Origin: Phoronis australis | Lineage: Eukaryota; Animalia; Phoronida | Direction: 5' to 3' | Length of the DNA: 64,000 nt | Assembly (NCBI GenBank): GCA_002633005.1 | Contig: NMRA01000371.1 | Coordinates: 174,159-238,158, forward strand | Part shown: piece by piece, positions 22,483-36,057 of the stretch | Layout: every line of letters begins with the position of its first letter | How positions within the stretch are numbered: the stretch's first letter is position 1 | Program-made: the position numbers and the translations under genes | Notes under the pieces: generated by a model | The model's input: only the letters and a program-made list of their open reading frames with translations | The model's database searches: none | Told to the model about the DNA's origin: nothing

Positions 22483-25400
22483 GTGAGTATTTGCCCAATG
22501 CAGATTGGGTCAACTGACAACACTAATAAGCTCCTACCTTGTTGACCAAATGGTTTTATGGTGACCAAGTCTGTCTAATAGTGCGGCTCCCTTAAAGATG
22601 ATTTAATCATTTATGAACTTTCAGTTCGTTTTAACCCCCCCCCCCCTACACATTTAAAAATATTTTAGCATGCCTCTGTAACTAAGCTAATGATAATGTA
22701 TAACAATGAAAACAATGCTACTTGAACATCGTGCATTATTCAGTTCACTGACAACTTGTAAATGTGTAAAACAAAAAATTCTGCTAATGGGTGACCTTTG
22801 CTCTGTATAATGCACTTTGGTTAGCCCTCATCATGCATTGTTATTCCCCAACACCTGGCATGTCACTATACTTACTGGATACTGAGTGATTTACCTACGG
22901 CGGATCATTTTCTGCACAACTCGTTATTAAAGACATTTGGCAATTATCAACCAGGTACTTCATATTTGCATCGCCACTATATGTTGTGCATGCAGTTTCT
23001 TTGATGGGAATTGGGTGTTCTACTTTAAGTCGACTGTTCGTAGCTGATAAAAATAATTGCAGCGTTGTGAAAACTTTTTACTTGTTCGTATTGCCTACGA
23101 GAGGTCTAAGGTGACAACTTAAAGAAAGTGAAACAAGAGAAAAGTTTACAAATAATATACTCAATTTATGCGCTTAAATGTAAAATACAAACCTACGTAC
23201 ATCATCAACTTCCGTCTCCGTCCGAATTGCTTTGACAAAATAACCCAAAGAATCCATAAGCAAGAAAAAATATGCCGAAAAAGCAACGACGAAAAACAAT
23301 GCCGAAAAACATTAAAGCTCGAATAGAAAGACCCGAAAAGGTAGTTAGTTAGGTTGGGATTCCTTAGGGATAGGAATGTGACCCTGTAGAATCTGATTAA
23401 GTGTATATAAAATAGGCAAATTTGCACCACAAATGTATGCCAAATTATGCTGAAATAGGGTTCTCAAGTTAAATGTAAAAACCAATCAAAGTGCAAAGTG
23501 AAAATTTGTCATTGCAAGTCAGGGATTCACCAATAGACACCCCTTTAAAATGTGATTGACCGCTACTGTTTCTGGAATAAAACATTAAGTCTTGAGTCAC
23601 GACTTGACTTGACTCACGACTTCATCAATAGACACATATTTCTAACTAATTGCATGACCAAACTAATTGACCAAACAAAGAATAGAGTAGCAAGCAAGTT
23701 CCACTTTAAGGGAGAAAGTTAGCAAACCAATGTTTACATAGACCGATAGCTCTCTTATTGTCTGCACTCGGCTGATAAGCTCACGTTTTCCAGCAATTAC
23801 AGTATGTTGTAAACGGCACGCTTTATGCTCGGCTAACCAATATTTATAAAAAACTTTTCAAAACGTCATTCAATAAATGTCGTGAAGAAGATGTGTTTTT
23901 ATGAAATACTATCACCAAAGAACTGTGAAGAGAGAAAAACTTTTACAGAAGTTGGTCTTAATTGTTAAACTTGTGAATTTCAACTGCTGATTCCTTTGTG
24001 TGACTGTAAAAGCTTTGAGTGACTTACTTAACCATACGTAGCATTGTGTAGCAACACAGACTTGTTTGTCAAGTTTAAGTAAACTTGATTCTAGATCAGG
24101 TTGTGATGTGCAGTTGGAAATTTCCTGGTATTAACAGTCCTGCATCAATTCTCAATTGATTAATATTCATCTATTTTTTTATTCCTGCTTAAACATGAGA
24201 GACCTAATACTAGTGTAAATTCAAACCAAACCCCAATGAAAGTTGTGAACTGAAGGGCACTTTTCAATTACCTCATTCCCTGCCAACCTGTACTGGGTTC
24301 TTCATGAGGTGCCCATGAGTTCTCTATATGATTTTATTGCAGAGCTGGATTTGAGGCAGCATCAAAAAAGTTTAACCCATCAGATCTGGACGTGGATGTC
24401 AAGGGGAGAAGCTTCATGGTAACTGGTGCTAATAGTGGCTTAGGGCTAACGTGTGCCTTGGAAATAGCTAAGAGAGGTGTGTATGTCTTATAGTGGCTTA
24501 GGGCTAATTTGTGCCTCAGAAATACCCGGTAGCTAAGAGACTGGTTTGCATGTATGACTGACTTGGTATAGAATTGCATTGTCTTGGTAACAGTACATTT
24601 TTGGAGCATCAGTTGTGCGTGAGGTTTAATTCCTGCATCCTTGAGCAATTTGGTGAAAGTCTTAAGATCACGTCATTCTCAAAATGCAAAGCCACTTGCA
24701 GTGTTAGTTTGGCCGAGGTCAAAGTCGGTAACTGTCTGCTAAAATCAGTGAATTAAGTTTTTGATGGCAACATATCCTCTTGGTCCTTAAGTATTCTTGT
24801 AAGGGCATGTAGCTTTCTCAACGTTCTTCTGAAGACATTACACATTCGGAGGGGGGAGCTCATCTGTTCACGGATCCACAGAGGGTAACCAAACACTCAT
24901 GTTATCTTCTCAGCCAGGACCATAAACCCTTTATTGAGTTGTGTTTCATTACACAGTCCACCTGTGACGTTTGTATACAGTTTACTGTAAGAGCAAGGTT
25001 CACAAAGAACTGCTTTCACTGACCTTGCATGTCAATGTCAAAAGGTCTATTGTGTGTGAACGTCATGCACCCATGATTTACAACCATCCACAAAAATCTA
25101 AACCAATATGCAGACTATTTACCCTCTTCAAGCACAAAATGCACAAATATCTACACCAACTGAGTGGATGGTGGGTTCAGAAACTGATATCAATCTGGTC
25201 TTGTATTAACGTTCCCTGGCATTCAACTACACATCCCCAATCATCAACTAAGCTTCAGAGAGGCAGGTACATTTAAAGTCACTGCTAATTTTTTTATTGC
25301 TTTGCTCCATTCAAAAGGATGTTAGATCAGTGTTCCTGATGGTAGATCAGTGTTCCTGATGTCATGGGGTGTTGGTGGTAGATCAGTGTTTCTGATGTCG

Positions 25401-28400
25401 TGGGGGGTTGGTGGTAGATCTGTGTCCCTGATGTCTTGTGGGGTTGGTGGTAGATCTGTGTTCCTGATGTCATGGGGTGATGGTGGTAAACAAGTGTTCC
25501 AGATGTCGTGGGGTGTTGATGATAGATCAGTGTTCCTGATGCCGTGAGGTGTTGGTGATAGATCAGTGTTCCTGATGCCGTGAGGTGTTGGTGATAGATC
25601 AGTGTTCTTGATGTCATGGGGTGTTGGCAGCAGTGGTTCTTGTAGTTCTATTTACAAAGTACAAATGGGTGGGTTTCTAATGAATTTCTGTATTGGTATA
25701 CAGAGTAGGCATTTTAGTTGTGATGTTGTCTCTGGCTTTAAAACTGTAAAGTTTAACTTAAAGCTTTGTCCGTATTTCATTGCCAATATTTTGATCTGAA
25801 GTCTCATTGTAAGTAAGTCTTGTTTCAGGTAGTGCATTACACATGGTAAATAGGAATCAAGTCACATTGTAAGTCTTGTTTCAGGTGGTACACTACACAT
25901 GGTATGTAGGAATCAAGAGCGTGGTGAAAAAGCACGTAATGATATCATTGGACAGACTTCAAATCAGGTAAGCACAATATAGTGTTGGGTTAAGGAAAGG
26001 TCTAATATTGTCTGTGTCTTTAATATATAATCACCTGGAGACTTTTCATTTACTAGGTACATTACAATTATCTCTCGTTTTCTGTTAAGTCCAGACAACT
26101 GCAGTTTCCAAATCCAGGTATCATTCCAGTTTATTGTTACTGAAGTGTTACTGAAGTGTTACTGAAGTGTTACTGAAGTGTTACTGCACTCATTTATTTG
26201 TCTGCGTCATTTGCATGCTAATCATCTATCTTCCACACTTCTAAGAATTATTTCAGCCAGTGTTTTACTGCCATCAAGTCCTGACACATGAAGTTATTGT
26301 TCGGCTCTGCACAATAATAACTTGCATCAGTGTTGGTTATAATGAGAGTTATACAAATGTATTTAAGGAAGTATGTAATTTATAATAATGATTGGATATG
26401 GCAAACCAATTCTGTTGGGACTATGCTTTGTGGTCATCTCACAACAAATGATTTCACATAATTATAATCTCAAGTTGTAGCTTCAAATTAAGTACTTTGC
26501 TTATGTGTTCAAATATATATGCCTTCTTAGTGGATCTGCTAAGTGATTAAAATGTGACCAGATTCTGCGCAAGAGAACTTTTCAGTAGAAATGTGTAGTA
26601 CGATGATTGTTTTTAGTGTTCGTTAAATTAATTTGTATTGTCTCCGTTATGGTTGTAAACTCCAGAAATATAACGAGTATGATTGTGGTCGCTGTTTCCG
26701 TGGTGTGCCCTCATGTTACTGATGGATAATGTTATAGGGCCAAGTTATGATTGCTCAATCCATATAGTTTTATCTAATTTCAGGATGTCCATCTTCATAT
26801 AGTCGACATGGGTGTGCCTCGACAGGTGGTGGCATTTGCTAAACAATTTTGTGACACTGGCAACTCATTAAATGTGCTGGTAAGGATTTCTGAATAATAC
26901 ATTGTACTTAATTTTTACTCCTTCGTTCTTCCAATCTCAAAATTCTTTGATATTCAGTATACCGGTGTTCTCTATACTTTACACACTACCTCAGTAAACT
27001 TGTCACTGGCGACTTTTTATCCAAGTGGTGTCTTATCCCCATGTTTTGGGCATTTATTGGTCCTAAGGAAAGGTAGCGCTGTGTGTAGACTGACAATTAA
27101 TACTATAGTGAGTTAAGCTAGCTTGTATAAGGAATTGTTTTTAGTTGTCAAGTGTTAAAAGTAATGTTAGTAGTACCATGTATACTTTGTTTGAAAAACA
27201 GGTAAAGTTTCTTCAAATAAAGGCTCCAAAGTTTGAAGGTCCTCTTAATTAGTAGGGAGTTGAACGTCACCTAGGTTACGGTAAAATCTCTCCAATTTAC
27301 TGAGAAGCACACAATGTGACGGACAAGTGAAATTTTATTTTCGTATGTGGCTTCAAATTATTGTTACCATGTTCCAGTTTTGTACCATTATAGCAGCCAT
27401 CAGAAAATATATACTGGCCATCAGAGAATATATAGCCTGTATAGGGAAATGTTTTTAGTTGTCAAAGATGTGTTTTAAATTTAGTACCATGTATACTTTA
27501 TTTAAAAACAGGTAAAGTTCTTTCGTATAAAGTCTTCAAAGTTAGAGGGTTCTCTTAAGTACAGAGTCGAAGGACAAATGGGTTACGATAAAACGTATGT
27601 CACCTATTTACTAAGTAGCACACAATATGGCAAGCAACTGAAATTTTATTTTCTTAATTTTTTCATAAAAGATATTTAGCATTAAATTCTTGACTTGTGT
27701 TCAAACTACCATCAGAAAATATTTTGAAAAAATATGAGCTTTCACTGCAGTGTTGGAAGACCTTGGAAAATGAAGAATAGGTACTTCTGTCAATTGTTTT
27801 TGTCTGTGATTGATGAGTTTTTACTGTATGGTCTGATGCTCAAAAATGTTAATCAGTACTTTCCATTCATTGTGCACATGTCGTGCTGTGTGGAGAAGAT
27901 ACGAAAGTGCAAATGAGTTACATAATGCTGATAGTTTGGCTAATTAGCTGCATTCTAATCACATTGTTATATTTATTAGGTATAGCACTAAACTGAGTGA
28001 AGGCAATATATTGGTTCATGGATGTTGAGCTGGTTTCTTATCCCATCGTATGGATCAGTGCTTATTAATACAAACATTTTGTAAAGCGAGATATTCTTTC
28101 AGGCAATTATTTGCATTATGTAAATTTTGAGCGAGCGGCTGGTAAATATCTAACTATGCTTCTCTATTGTTAAAGGGCAGTAATTATTAATACGCCTTCC
28201 TTGAATCCTGGATAATGTTTTGAATAATGTTTTCCAGGTGAATAACGCTGGATGTATGCTGCACACGAGGGTGCATGATGCTGATGGCTTGGAAGCTAAC
28301 TTTGCCACCAACACTTTAGGTAGGACAGTGAAAAGAAAAAAATGCAAATGGAATCTTTACTTTTTCACTGAGAAGCTTTTTTCATATAATTTTGGTCCGA

Positions 28401-31400
28401 CCAAATGTGAGTTTAAAATGGTCAAATTAAACACTGGAGTGCTTCGGGTTTGCAATTTCAGATAGGCAAGCTTTTAATGCAATCTGTGGATTATACTTTG
28501 TTTGTAGTGAAATCCCTTGAAAGGCTTCTGATGTACCAAATGAACAATGAATACAAAGTGTGACCATTGCAGGTACCCATCTGTTGACCGTTTCCCTAAT
28601 ACCTGTCCTGTCCAAGAGTGACAAGCCTAGAGTGATCATTGTAAGCTCCGGTGGCATGCTGACCCAGAAACTTGACGTGTCAGACCTGCAGTGCAATAAC
28701 AATAATTTCACTGACGGTACGATGATTTACGCCCAGAACAAGAGACAGCAGGTGATCATGACAGAAGAGTACGCCAAGAAATATTCCAATATACATTTTT
28801 CCAGCATGCATCCTGGTTGGGCTGATACTAAAGGTAGGTAGGAGTTTTACAGTCCATGACAGAACCCTTCCTACACCCCGTTTACCAACCACCCGGGCCA
28901 TGATGGTGGTTTGGTATACCACATGCACCCTAATAAGCGCCCTGGGCGCTTAGAAATAATCGCTTCATTAAGGGGTGTGCTTATTATAGCCCAAAAGTGA
29001 TTGAAGCCCGGTCTCTGAAACGGGTGAAATAGTAAGCTAGAATTCATGAAATTAACGCCCTGTGACACATCTTTAAACTGTGACAGAGTTTCTGCAAAAT
29101 TGCAGTGCATTGCTATCAAACTTAGTTGTTAAATTACGAGTATTTTTCAGACAAACCCAGTGCAAAAACTTTCCGACTAATGCGTCGCTGCATCGTGATC
29201 GCTGATAGGTCAACTTGAATTCTTGAGTAAAATATAGTTTCGACTCAACAAATTACCTGAAGTCCTCCTTAAGTTTTCAAAATAGCGTCCCTAAGATTTT
29301 TAAGTTTCTGTGGAGTCTGGATTAACAGGATGTTAAGTCCAAATCTGTGCTAGAGAAAAATCTCTGGATACACACATGGTTTTGTCCCGTGATGTTTGTT
29401 TTGAAGTTCATCTGCATGTATGAGTGAGCGAGCGTGTGCATGTCATCAGAGTTCATTTGCCAGAGTAAATGCGATGTAACGATCTAGGTGTGCAACTAAA
29501 GAAATTAACACGAGCAGTAAAGCAGAACATGTTTTATTTAGCACTTGTTGATCTCATCTGCTAAAAACGTTCTAGAATTGTCTCGGTAAGGCCGATATTG
29601 AGTCGCAGGGTGACTGGATGCGTGACAGTCTGACAGCTATTTTTCGAGAGATTCAGGGGATGTAAGGGTGCGGAAGTGTTCACTATCAGTGGGTCATTTT
29701 GACTTTAAAAACACCAATTACGATTAATTTAATAATTCATCCTAAAAATAACTCAAAGGTTTTTTACGTTATTAGAAACTTTCGGAATAAGCGCCAGTAT
29801 TTATTTCTTGCTGATGCTATGCTACCCGTTTCACGAAAAGATAGTTCCCAAAGACTAATCTTCGATGAGAGGTACTTGTATGTAGCGCGCGCTTCCTGGC
29901 CACAAGTTTTAACAAAGGTCAAGTTTTTATTAGTCNTTCGATTCGCAGTTTTCATGGCAAAGAAATTGGATTCCTGTTGAGGGAGAACTAGATCTGTATG
30001 GGAAAGATATAACACAATCCCTTTGACAAGTACGCTGCGTCTGTTCTGAAAGGCCAGACCATAATAGGACATGTCCCTCGCAAGATCAGCAAAACTTTTG
30101 TGTTCTTTTTGAAGCACAGTGAAAGTTTGAAGTATATAGTCACGACTAAATACCACCATAGTGGCGAGGTGGTCTACAAATTCTGCGCACAATGATTTTT
30201 TCAGGACTCTCGGATCTTATTGATAAATTGAAGACGTTACTGTAGAATTTTAGAATTGTAGGTACAGCATTTTTTGCATGTACGTGGCATTCATAGACTG
30301 AGTGGGCACTTATTTTAGCAAAGTCTGAAAATGCATGGGGGGCGCTTATAAGGGCATGGGCGCTTATTAGGGCAAATACTGTAATATATTTAGCTGGCTC
30401 AGTCTTAGCCTTGATTCACAGCTCATACTGTATTACGTAATATACAGCTTTGTATCATTTTTTCATTGAGAAAATTCCTAAAACGTGTCATAAAGTTTAT
30501 AGGAAATTAGTGATGTCCTATACAGTTCTGCGGTCTGTGTCATTGAAACTACTCCTGTGTCCAAAACATTGCAGTTTGTACTTGTTGCTCAGTTTTTTCC
30601 AAAGAAAGTTTTGTCGTTATTCTTGATAGGTGTGCTGCGAACAAACTGTAAGTTAGCAGAAAAACAATCTGCTACTGGTTTTAAAAAGTTACAGAAGTGG
30701 ATCACCATGGAGAAGGTAAATTGCACGAGGCGACCTTGTTAGAACACTCACTTGTTGATATGTTGATTTCAAGTGGTCCTTATGAGTAAAATGAACACTC
30801 TCTAGTATTGGCTTTCATTTAAACTTAAATAATCAATGCATCGTTTTGCTATGGTTTTACAGCTGTGCAGGAGGCTATGCCTGACTTCTACCAAAGTATA
30901 AAGCTTTCATTGAGGACTCCTGAACAAGGGGCAGACACCTTGGTTTGGCTGGCTGTGGCCAAGTGTATTGATAGCCTGCCCTCTGGACAGTTCTTTCAAG
31001 GTTTGTAGCAGTAGCAGCTTCAGCATTTGTTGGATAAAATCTATTAGACAAGCATTATACCCTAAATATAGAGGATACATGTTCTAAGGAACATCATCAC
31101 AGTGGAATTAAAGTGGCATACATTTCAACCATATCAGACTTTTGGTTGGTGGACTATACATTAAATTAATACAGCGAGGTCTACTTAATGTCACACTGGA
31201 TAATACAGTATCCTGGTTATTGTCATGAAATGTTCATAGGAACAAATCATTTCCCACCTATTCCATGTAGAATAACCTGCACTATGTGGTTTATTATTGT
31301 CACATTCCCAGGTATTGTCATTAAAAATCAGTAAAATTGATACGCACCTTCTTATTAACAAATTATGAACGTTTGTTTTTATGTCTGAACAATAACCCAA

Positions 31401-32327
31401 TTCATCATGAATTCATATGGGATCTCGGTGCTGGAGGTAATAATCAGTCGTTTCCTGTTTACCAATCTTACTCTGAAACTCTATCATAAGCTGATAGGAC
31501 TGATTATCATCAACGCCAAGTCAAAACCTATCTTCAACGGTAATACCTGTAAATTTGGTTCCAAAGGTATGTTAAGAGCATCGCTTTGAGCCCACTAGTG
31601 TCTTAAATTGCCAAATGTAATGAACTGATAGGCGTATTGGCTTGCTTTTGTCTATGTCACCGTGAGAATTACCTTTTAATTCAAACAGCGGCAAATAACA
31701 CCAGTACGCAATGGTGTTCTATACAAACCCCTATTCAATACAACTGTTATCAGCCTTTTTGTTGTTTGTGCTAGGATCTTGCGGTTACGCAACATGGCAC
31801 GAACAGGCAGCTTCACTTATCATTTGACGAGCTTACTTTTGCGTGATTGAACTTGCATCTTCTTATTTTACCGAGGCTTTGCTAGGACTATCTGGTTAGC
31901 CCAATACATCTAAAATAACAAAATTCCATTGAATTTAGGCTTTAATGGAATGTCCTGCTTATTAGTATAATTTGCGCCGGAACCTAGGGTATGCATCCAC
32001 AGTACCTATTTTTTACAATTTAGTATGTATTTAAGTCCCATACCTGCCATAAAGTACTCATATAATGCACCTGACACTTGGATACCCATCTCAGTTGCGG
32101 AAGATCAACCCCCTGGGTCTCAGTGCCACAATATCTATTATATATTGCCATGTATCAGCTGGACTCGCATCATATTCTTTACTACGTACAAAGTACCTTT
32201 ATTGTCTCTAGATCGGCAAGTTGTCTCCAAGCACCTGCCGTTAGCGTGGACCAAGTCTTCAAGAAGTGATATTGATAAATTCATGGCGATCCTCGATGAG
32301 TTTACACAGAAGTACATGTCGGAGTGA
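22427..32327 (+). CDS. DHRS12: Dehydrogenase/reductase SDR family member 12, complete, 8 exons, 321 aa
   Basis: Exons 22427-22482, 24343-24476, 25885-25967, 26784-26879, 28238-28319, 28573-28833, 30863-31000 and 32212-32327 total 966 nt in frame. Motifs: MSIYRNVVWYLKG, TGANSGLG, NNAG, VSSGGML, YAQNKRQQV, SMHPGWADT, QGADTLVWL. Confidence 0.95.
24343..24476 (+). CDS. DHRS12: DHRS12 exon 2 (TGxxxGxG motif)
   Basis: ttgcag|A GCT GGA ... AGA G|gtgtgt; AGFEAASKKFNPSDLDVDVKGRSFMVTGANSGLGLTCALEIAKR. Confidence 0.92.
25323..25628. repeat. 36-bp minisatellite (TAGATCAGTGTTCCTGATGTCATGGGGTGTTGGTGG), ~8 copies
   Basis: Degenerate tandem copies. Confidence 0.92.
25885..25967 (+). CDS. DHRS12: DHRS12 exon 3
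   Basis: tttcag|GT GGT ACA ... AAT CAG|gtaagc; GGTLHMVCRNQERGEKARNDIIGQTSNQ. Confidence 0.92.
26136..26186. repeat. 11-bp tandem repeat (GTTACTGAAGT)
   Basis: About 4.5 perfect copies. Confidence 0.9.
26784..26879 (+). CDS. DHRS12: DHRS12 exon 4
   Basis: tttcag|GAT GTC CAT ... GTG CTG|gtaagg; DVHLHIVDMGVPRQVVAFAKQFCDTGNSLNVL. Confidence 0.92.
27120..27655. repeat. Degenerate tandem duplication with ~310-bp period in DHRS12 intron 4
   Basis: TGTTTTTAGTTGTCAA...TAGTACCATGTATACTTT...AAAAACAGGTAAAGTT...AGCACACAAT...TGAAATTTTATTTTC occurs twice in the same order. Confidence 0.8.
28238..28319 (+). CDS. DHRS12: DHRS12 exon 5 (NNAG motif)
   Basis: ttccag|GTG AAT AAC GCT GGA ... TTA G|gtagga; VNNAGCMLHTRVHDADGLEANFATNTL. 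Confidence 0.93.
28573..28833 (+). CDS. DHRS12: DHRS12 exon 6 (catalytic YxxxK)
   Basis: ttgcag|GT ACC CAT ... AAA G|gtaggt; ...VSSGGMLTQKL...DGTMIYAQNKRQQV...HPGWADTK. Confidence 0.93.
28919..30381. mobile_element. Non-autonomous DNA transposon (Tc1/mariner-pogo-like ends, TA flanks) in DHRS12 intron 6
   Basis: Left TA|CCACATGCACCCTAATAAGCGCCC; right, reverse-complemented, TA|CAGTATTTGCCCTAATAAGCGCCC with subterminal TAAGCGCCC repeats; no recognisable transposase ORF. Confidence 0.7.
30863..31000 (+). CDS. DHRS12: DHRS12 exon 7
   Basis: ttacag|CT GTG CAG ... CAA G|gtttgt; AVQEAMPDFYQSIKLSLRTPEQGADTLVWLAVAKCIDSLPSGQFFQ. Confidence 0.92.
32212..32327 (+). CDS. DHRS12: DHRS12 exon 8 (last)
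   Basis: ctctag|AT CGG CAA ... GAG TGA; DRQVVSKHLPLAWTKSSRSDIDKFMAILDEFTQKYMSE*. Confidence 0.92.
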
Positions 32328-35300
32328 ACAGAGATTCAGCAAGACGTGTAACGTGTCTGTTCTGTGATGGCTGGATTGGTTACCAAGTAACAGAAGTTTA
32401 GCTTACACTTGAAATACTTAACATTCAAATGGGTCATGGAGTGAAGATATAGTGTGTGTCTTGATGTTATAGTAAATGTCGGTCCACAGTAGTAATGAGG
32501 TGAATTAAAAAATGTGACCATGTATAGAACACGCCATAAGCATTTAGACAATAGCGACTTTGCAGAAGCTGAATTCATGGTCATAGAAGCCTTCCGTCAT
32601 GACCAAGACAGTCATTACTGAGACTGCCAGGAAGGGGGATTAAACGGAAAGTTTGAATGGTGGGTACAGCATTCCGTAATTTTAATAAATTTCCAGTATT
32701 TTCAGCCTTAATAGCCAATACCAATCATTTTTGCCACTGGCAGAATTGATAGTCATGACGGGAAACGGTATTTCGTTAGATTACTTTTGTCTTGCTTTGC
32801 ATTTGAAATGTTGTATCTGTGACTTCTGATGATCCTTGTATCAGTGTTCACAAAGAAATCACTCCATACAAGTTGTTCTGAATCAGTACTTCATAGATGA
32901 TGTGTCGCTGGTCAGTTTTATTAAGACACCAGTGTGTGCGATTTTACACATTCTCATTGTTCCTTCATATTTACATCTAAGTTATAATGGTTGGATAAAA
33001 CTAGCTCGCATTTTGAGAACCAGTTTTCTCCACTGATTAATGGTTCGCAAAATACGGTCACATTATATCCAACTATTGCCCATCTAAATTAAAATGCTGG
33101 TAAATGTTTCGTTTGCGTATTCGTGTAGGTTAAAGAGAAACTCTTAATCAGCCTTTAAATGTGAATGAGGTCCATTATTACGTACTAGTTTTGTCAACAA
33201 TTCATAGAATTGGATGTTATGTACTTTCATTTAAATATTTGGTTCTTTTTATAGACTCGTGTTAAACACAAAGCCTAGGTACGATCATAATAAATTAACA
33301 TGACCAGAGATAATTTTGTCAGTGTATGTTGATATTGCTTTGTTATTGGGGTGCACAAATAATTGAGAAAGTAATTATTGAGTTTAGTCAGTATTGCCCT
33401 ATTTGAACTATTTCTGCATGATTTGGTATTGCATTCTTATACATAACATTATTGCATTGTGTTATACATAACATTATTCTTAAATGAAGGTGTTGTTTAA
33501 ATTTGCATTCGTATGCTATTGATTCGATTATCTCTGAAGTCATTTCCCTAAGGTGCCTACTGCAGGGTGTCATAGCTAGCCAACAGGGCATATCAGCTCA
33601 GTGTTCAATATGACATGTTATGTGTTACTTCAAAGACATTATGGAATTGATCATGCCCTTGTTCAGAAAATATATTTCACAAAAAGATCAATAACAATAC
33701 CTCATTGAGTTAACAACAGTACTACTGGCAGAGAAATTTACAACATAAATATCATGATAAATACCTTCTGGCGAAACTGCAAGATTTTTAACATTGACCC
33801 TTTTAAGTACAGACAGCGTAAACTCACTGCCGAGAATGTGACAACCAAGTCTGGTCAAGCTGACCAACATTTATTTAGAATTTAGTCACACAACCTGGTT
33901 TCAAAACATTTTCAGTTTAAGTAGAATGACAAATTTCTTAAAACTATCAATTTTCTAAGTTAAGTACTGTACCTTCAAGTCTGGACAGTTACAATTATAT
34001 TCCAAAGTAACTGTCTTCATAAAAACACCTTTGGGTATTCATAGAAGTATTAGAACTGGAGTACTGATGACCACTGGTCACTGAGGTATTGATAACCACT
34101 GAGGTTCTGATGACTGCTGGTCACTAAGGTACTGATGATCGCTGGTCACCAAACAAACCTTACATGCAGGAAATAGCAGTGCTAAACTAAGTACATAGAG
34201 AGCAACACCGTAAATAGCCATTACATACATAACAGCACCACATAAAACATTGAATTTCCTACTCGGCAATTTCCATGAAAGCAAACATTCTTCAGTTATT
34301 CTTTGGTAGTTAATACACACTAAAACGTGTCAAGATCAAATAAACAAAACAAATAAATTTTGATTATACGACCAAAATAAAATGATGAACATTTGTAAGG
34401 AGTGATGATACACCAAGAAATTCTTGACAAAGTCTAAAGATTAAAATTTGAATGGGATCGCAATTCAGTAACTAGGCTATTCAAATTACCAAGAGGCTCT
34501 ATCGACATAATAATTCATGATTAAGAGCAGTTCACACGAACTAAGAATATCATTGTATACAATGCCAATTACTGTAAATGTACTCAGCCCCATATGTCTA
34601 CATGTGAAATAACGCTTTTTCAGAAAATACTCATTGACAAAACATTTTGCCCATACAGTTGGGTGTCTCCTGTAGATGGCCACGACTTGACCTAGATTGT
34701 TTGTGTCTTTTCTACACAGCTGCTTTTCTATTTAAAAAAAATAAATCAATTAGAAACAGGTCAAAACCTATAATTTTTGTTTTCAACAGATAAGTTAAGT
34801 TCCACTGACATGCTCAGCTTCTTGAGTTTGCACAAGCGTTTTCCATATTTGGTGATGTACCTTTTAAATACGGACATAGACACAGCTTCACATATAGGCA
34901 TATGGGTCTAAATGTATGTACGCTAAAAATTCTCCAATTTGGAACAGTCCGTAGAATTGGGAAAATAGAAGCTCCGTACAAAAATTGAATTTTCTTCATT
35001 CTGTAAATTGGGACAAGGGTGATTTTAGCATTGATCTTATTTCTCAAATTTCAGACATGTTTTACCTTGAGTCGTGAATTTGGGAAGGTCAAGGTCAATG
35101 CTGCATATGTCTAGAACTGTGGACAAGCTCTGACCTAGGGCAAAATTATTATTCACTGTCCCAAATTGGAGAATTTTGACAATGCCATACAAGAAAGTAA
35201 ACAACTTAATAAACATTTGTCTACTTGAACAAACATGGACTTGGTTTGAAATGTGACAATTCTTAAATATCAAAACTGTCCAAGTTCACCAAGGCCCGAA

Positions 35301-36002
35301 ATGTTGATAAAGAACTGTGACAGTAATATGCTTCTGTCAGTAAATAACTACAGTTTAACTACAGTTAAAACAAACTATAAATGCATCAGTGTCCTAGTAA
35401 AAACTATCCAAATGTTTTGGAAAAAATTCTCCTGCACTATCTATGCTCAAAAAAAATTTCTTAAATATTTTTTGTTAAGAAATACATTTGTGACGTAATC
35501 AACTAGTGACACAAGTCACTATAAAATTATAAACACCTATTAATAACACAGAGACACAGTAAAGACCCTGTAACATAGCTGTAACAACTTGAAGATCACA
35601 GCTTAACAGAAGATTTATAAGTAGGCCCTCTGTTGTATTACGTACCGTACTTCTTGACGTATTTCACATGAAAATAATCACCAAAATTTTCGTTTTTCTA
35701 TTCTTCAAAGGCTGATAACTTAAATGTAAACATTATAAATTCTATAAAATGTTCTTTTATGATATCTGCACACTACAAACTGAGCAAACAGCAGACTCTA
35801 AAACGTTCTAATATTCATTTTTGTTCAGAATTTGACAAAATAAGTTTCAGTTGTTCGTCATATTAATTTGTGTGCTGAATAAATGAAAAATTCCCATAAT
35901 GCCATGGAAAATATTATCAGACATTACATGGCAATAAATATGTAAATCACGAGCTGGGATACCCACTGCTAAGTCTGATTGGATATCTGTGTTTGACCGG
36001 TT

Positions 36003-36057
36003 GTCCCCATGGCTGTGGTTAGAACGTCTGCACGGTTAGCAGAAGGTCCTGGGTTCT
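36003..36057 (+). pseudogene. Degenerate tRNA-derived fragment
   Basis: GTCCCCATGGCTGTGGTTAGAACGTCTGCACGGTTAGCAGAAGGTCCTGGGTTC: A-box-like and truncated B-box-like motifs; TCTGC/GCAGA anticodon-stem-like pairing. Confidence 0.5.

Noticed and set aside
29764-30192. 142-aa ORF inside the TIR element
   Set aside because: No recognisable transposase motifs (DDE/D or HTH), and it spans an N.
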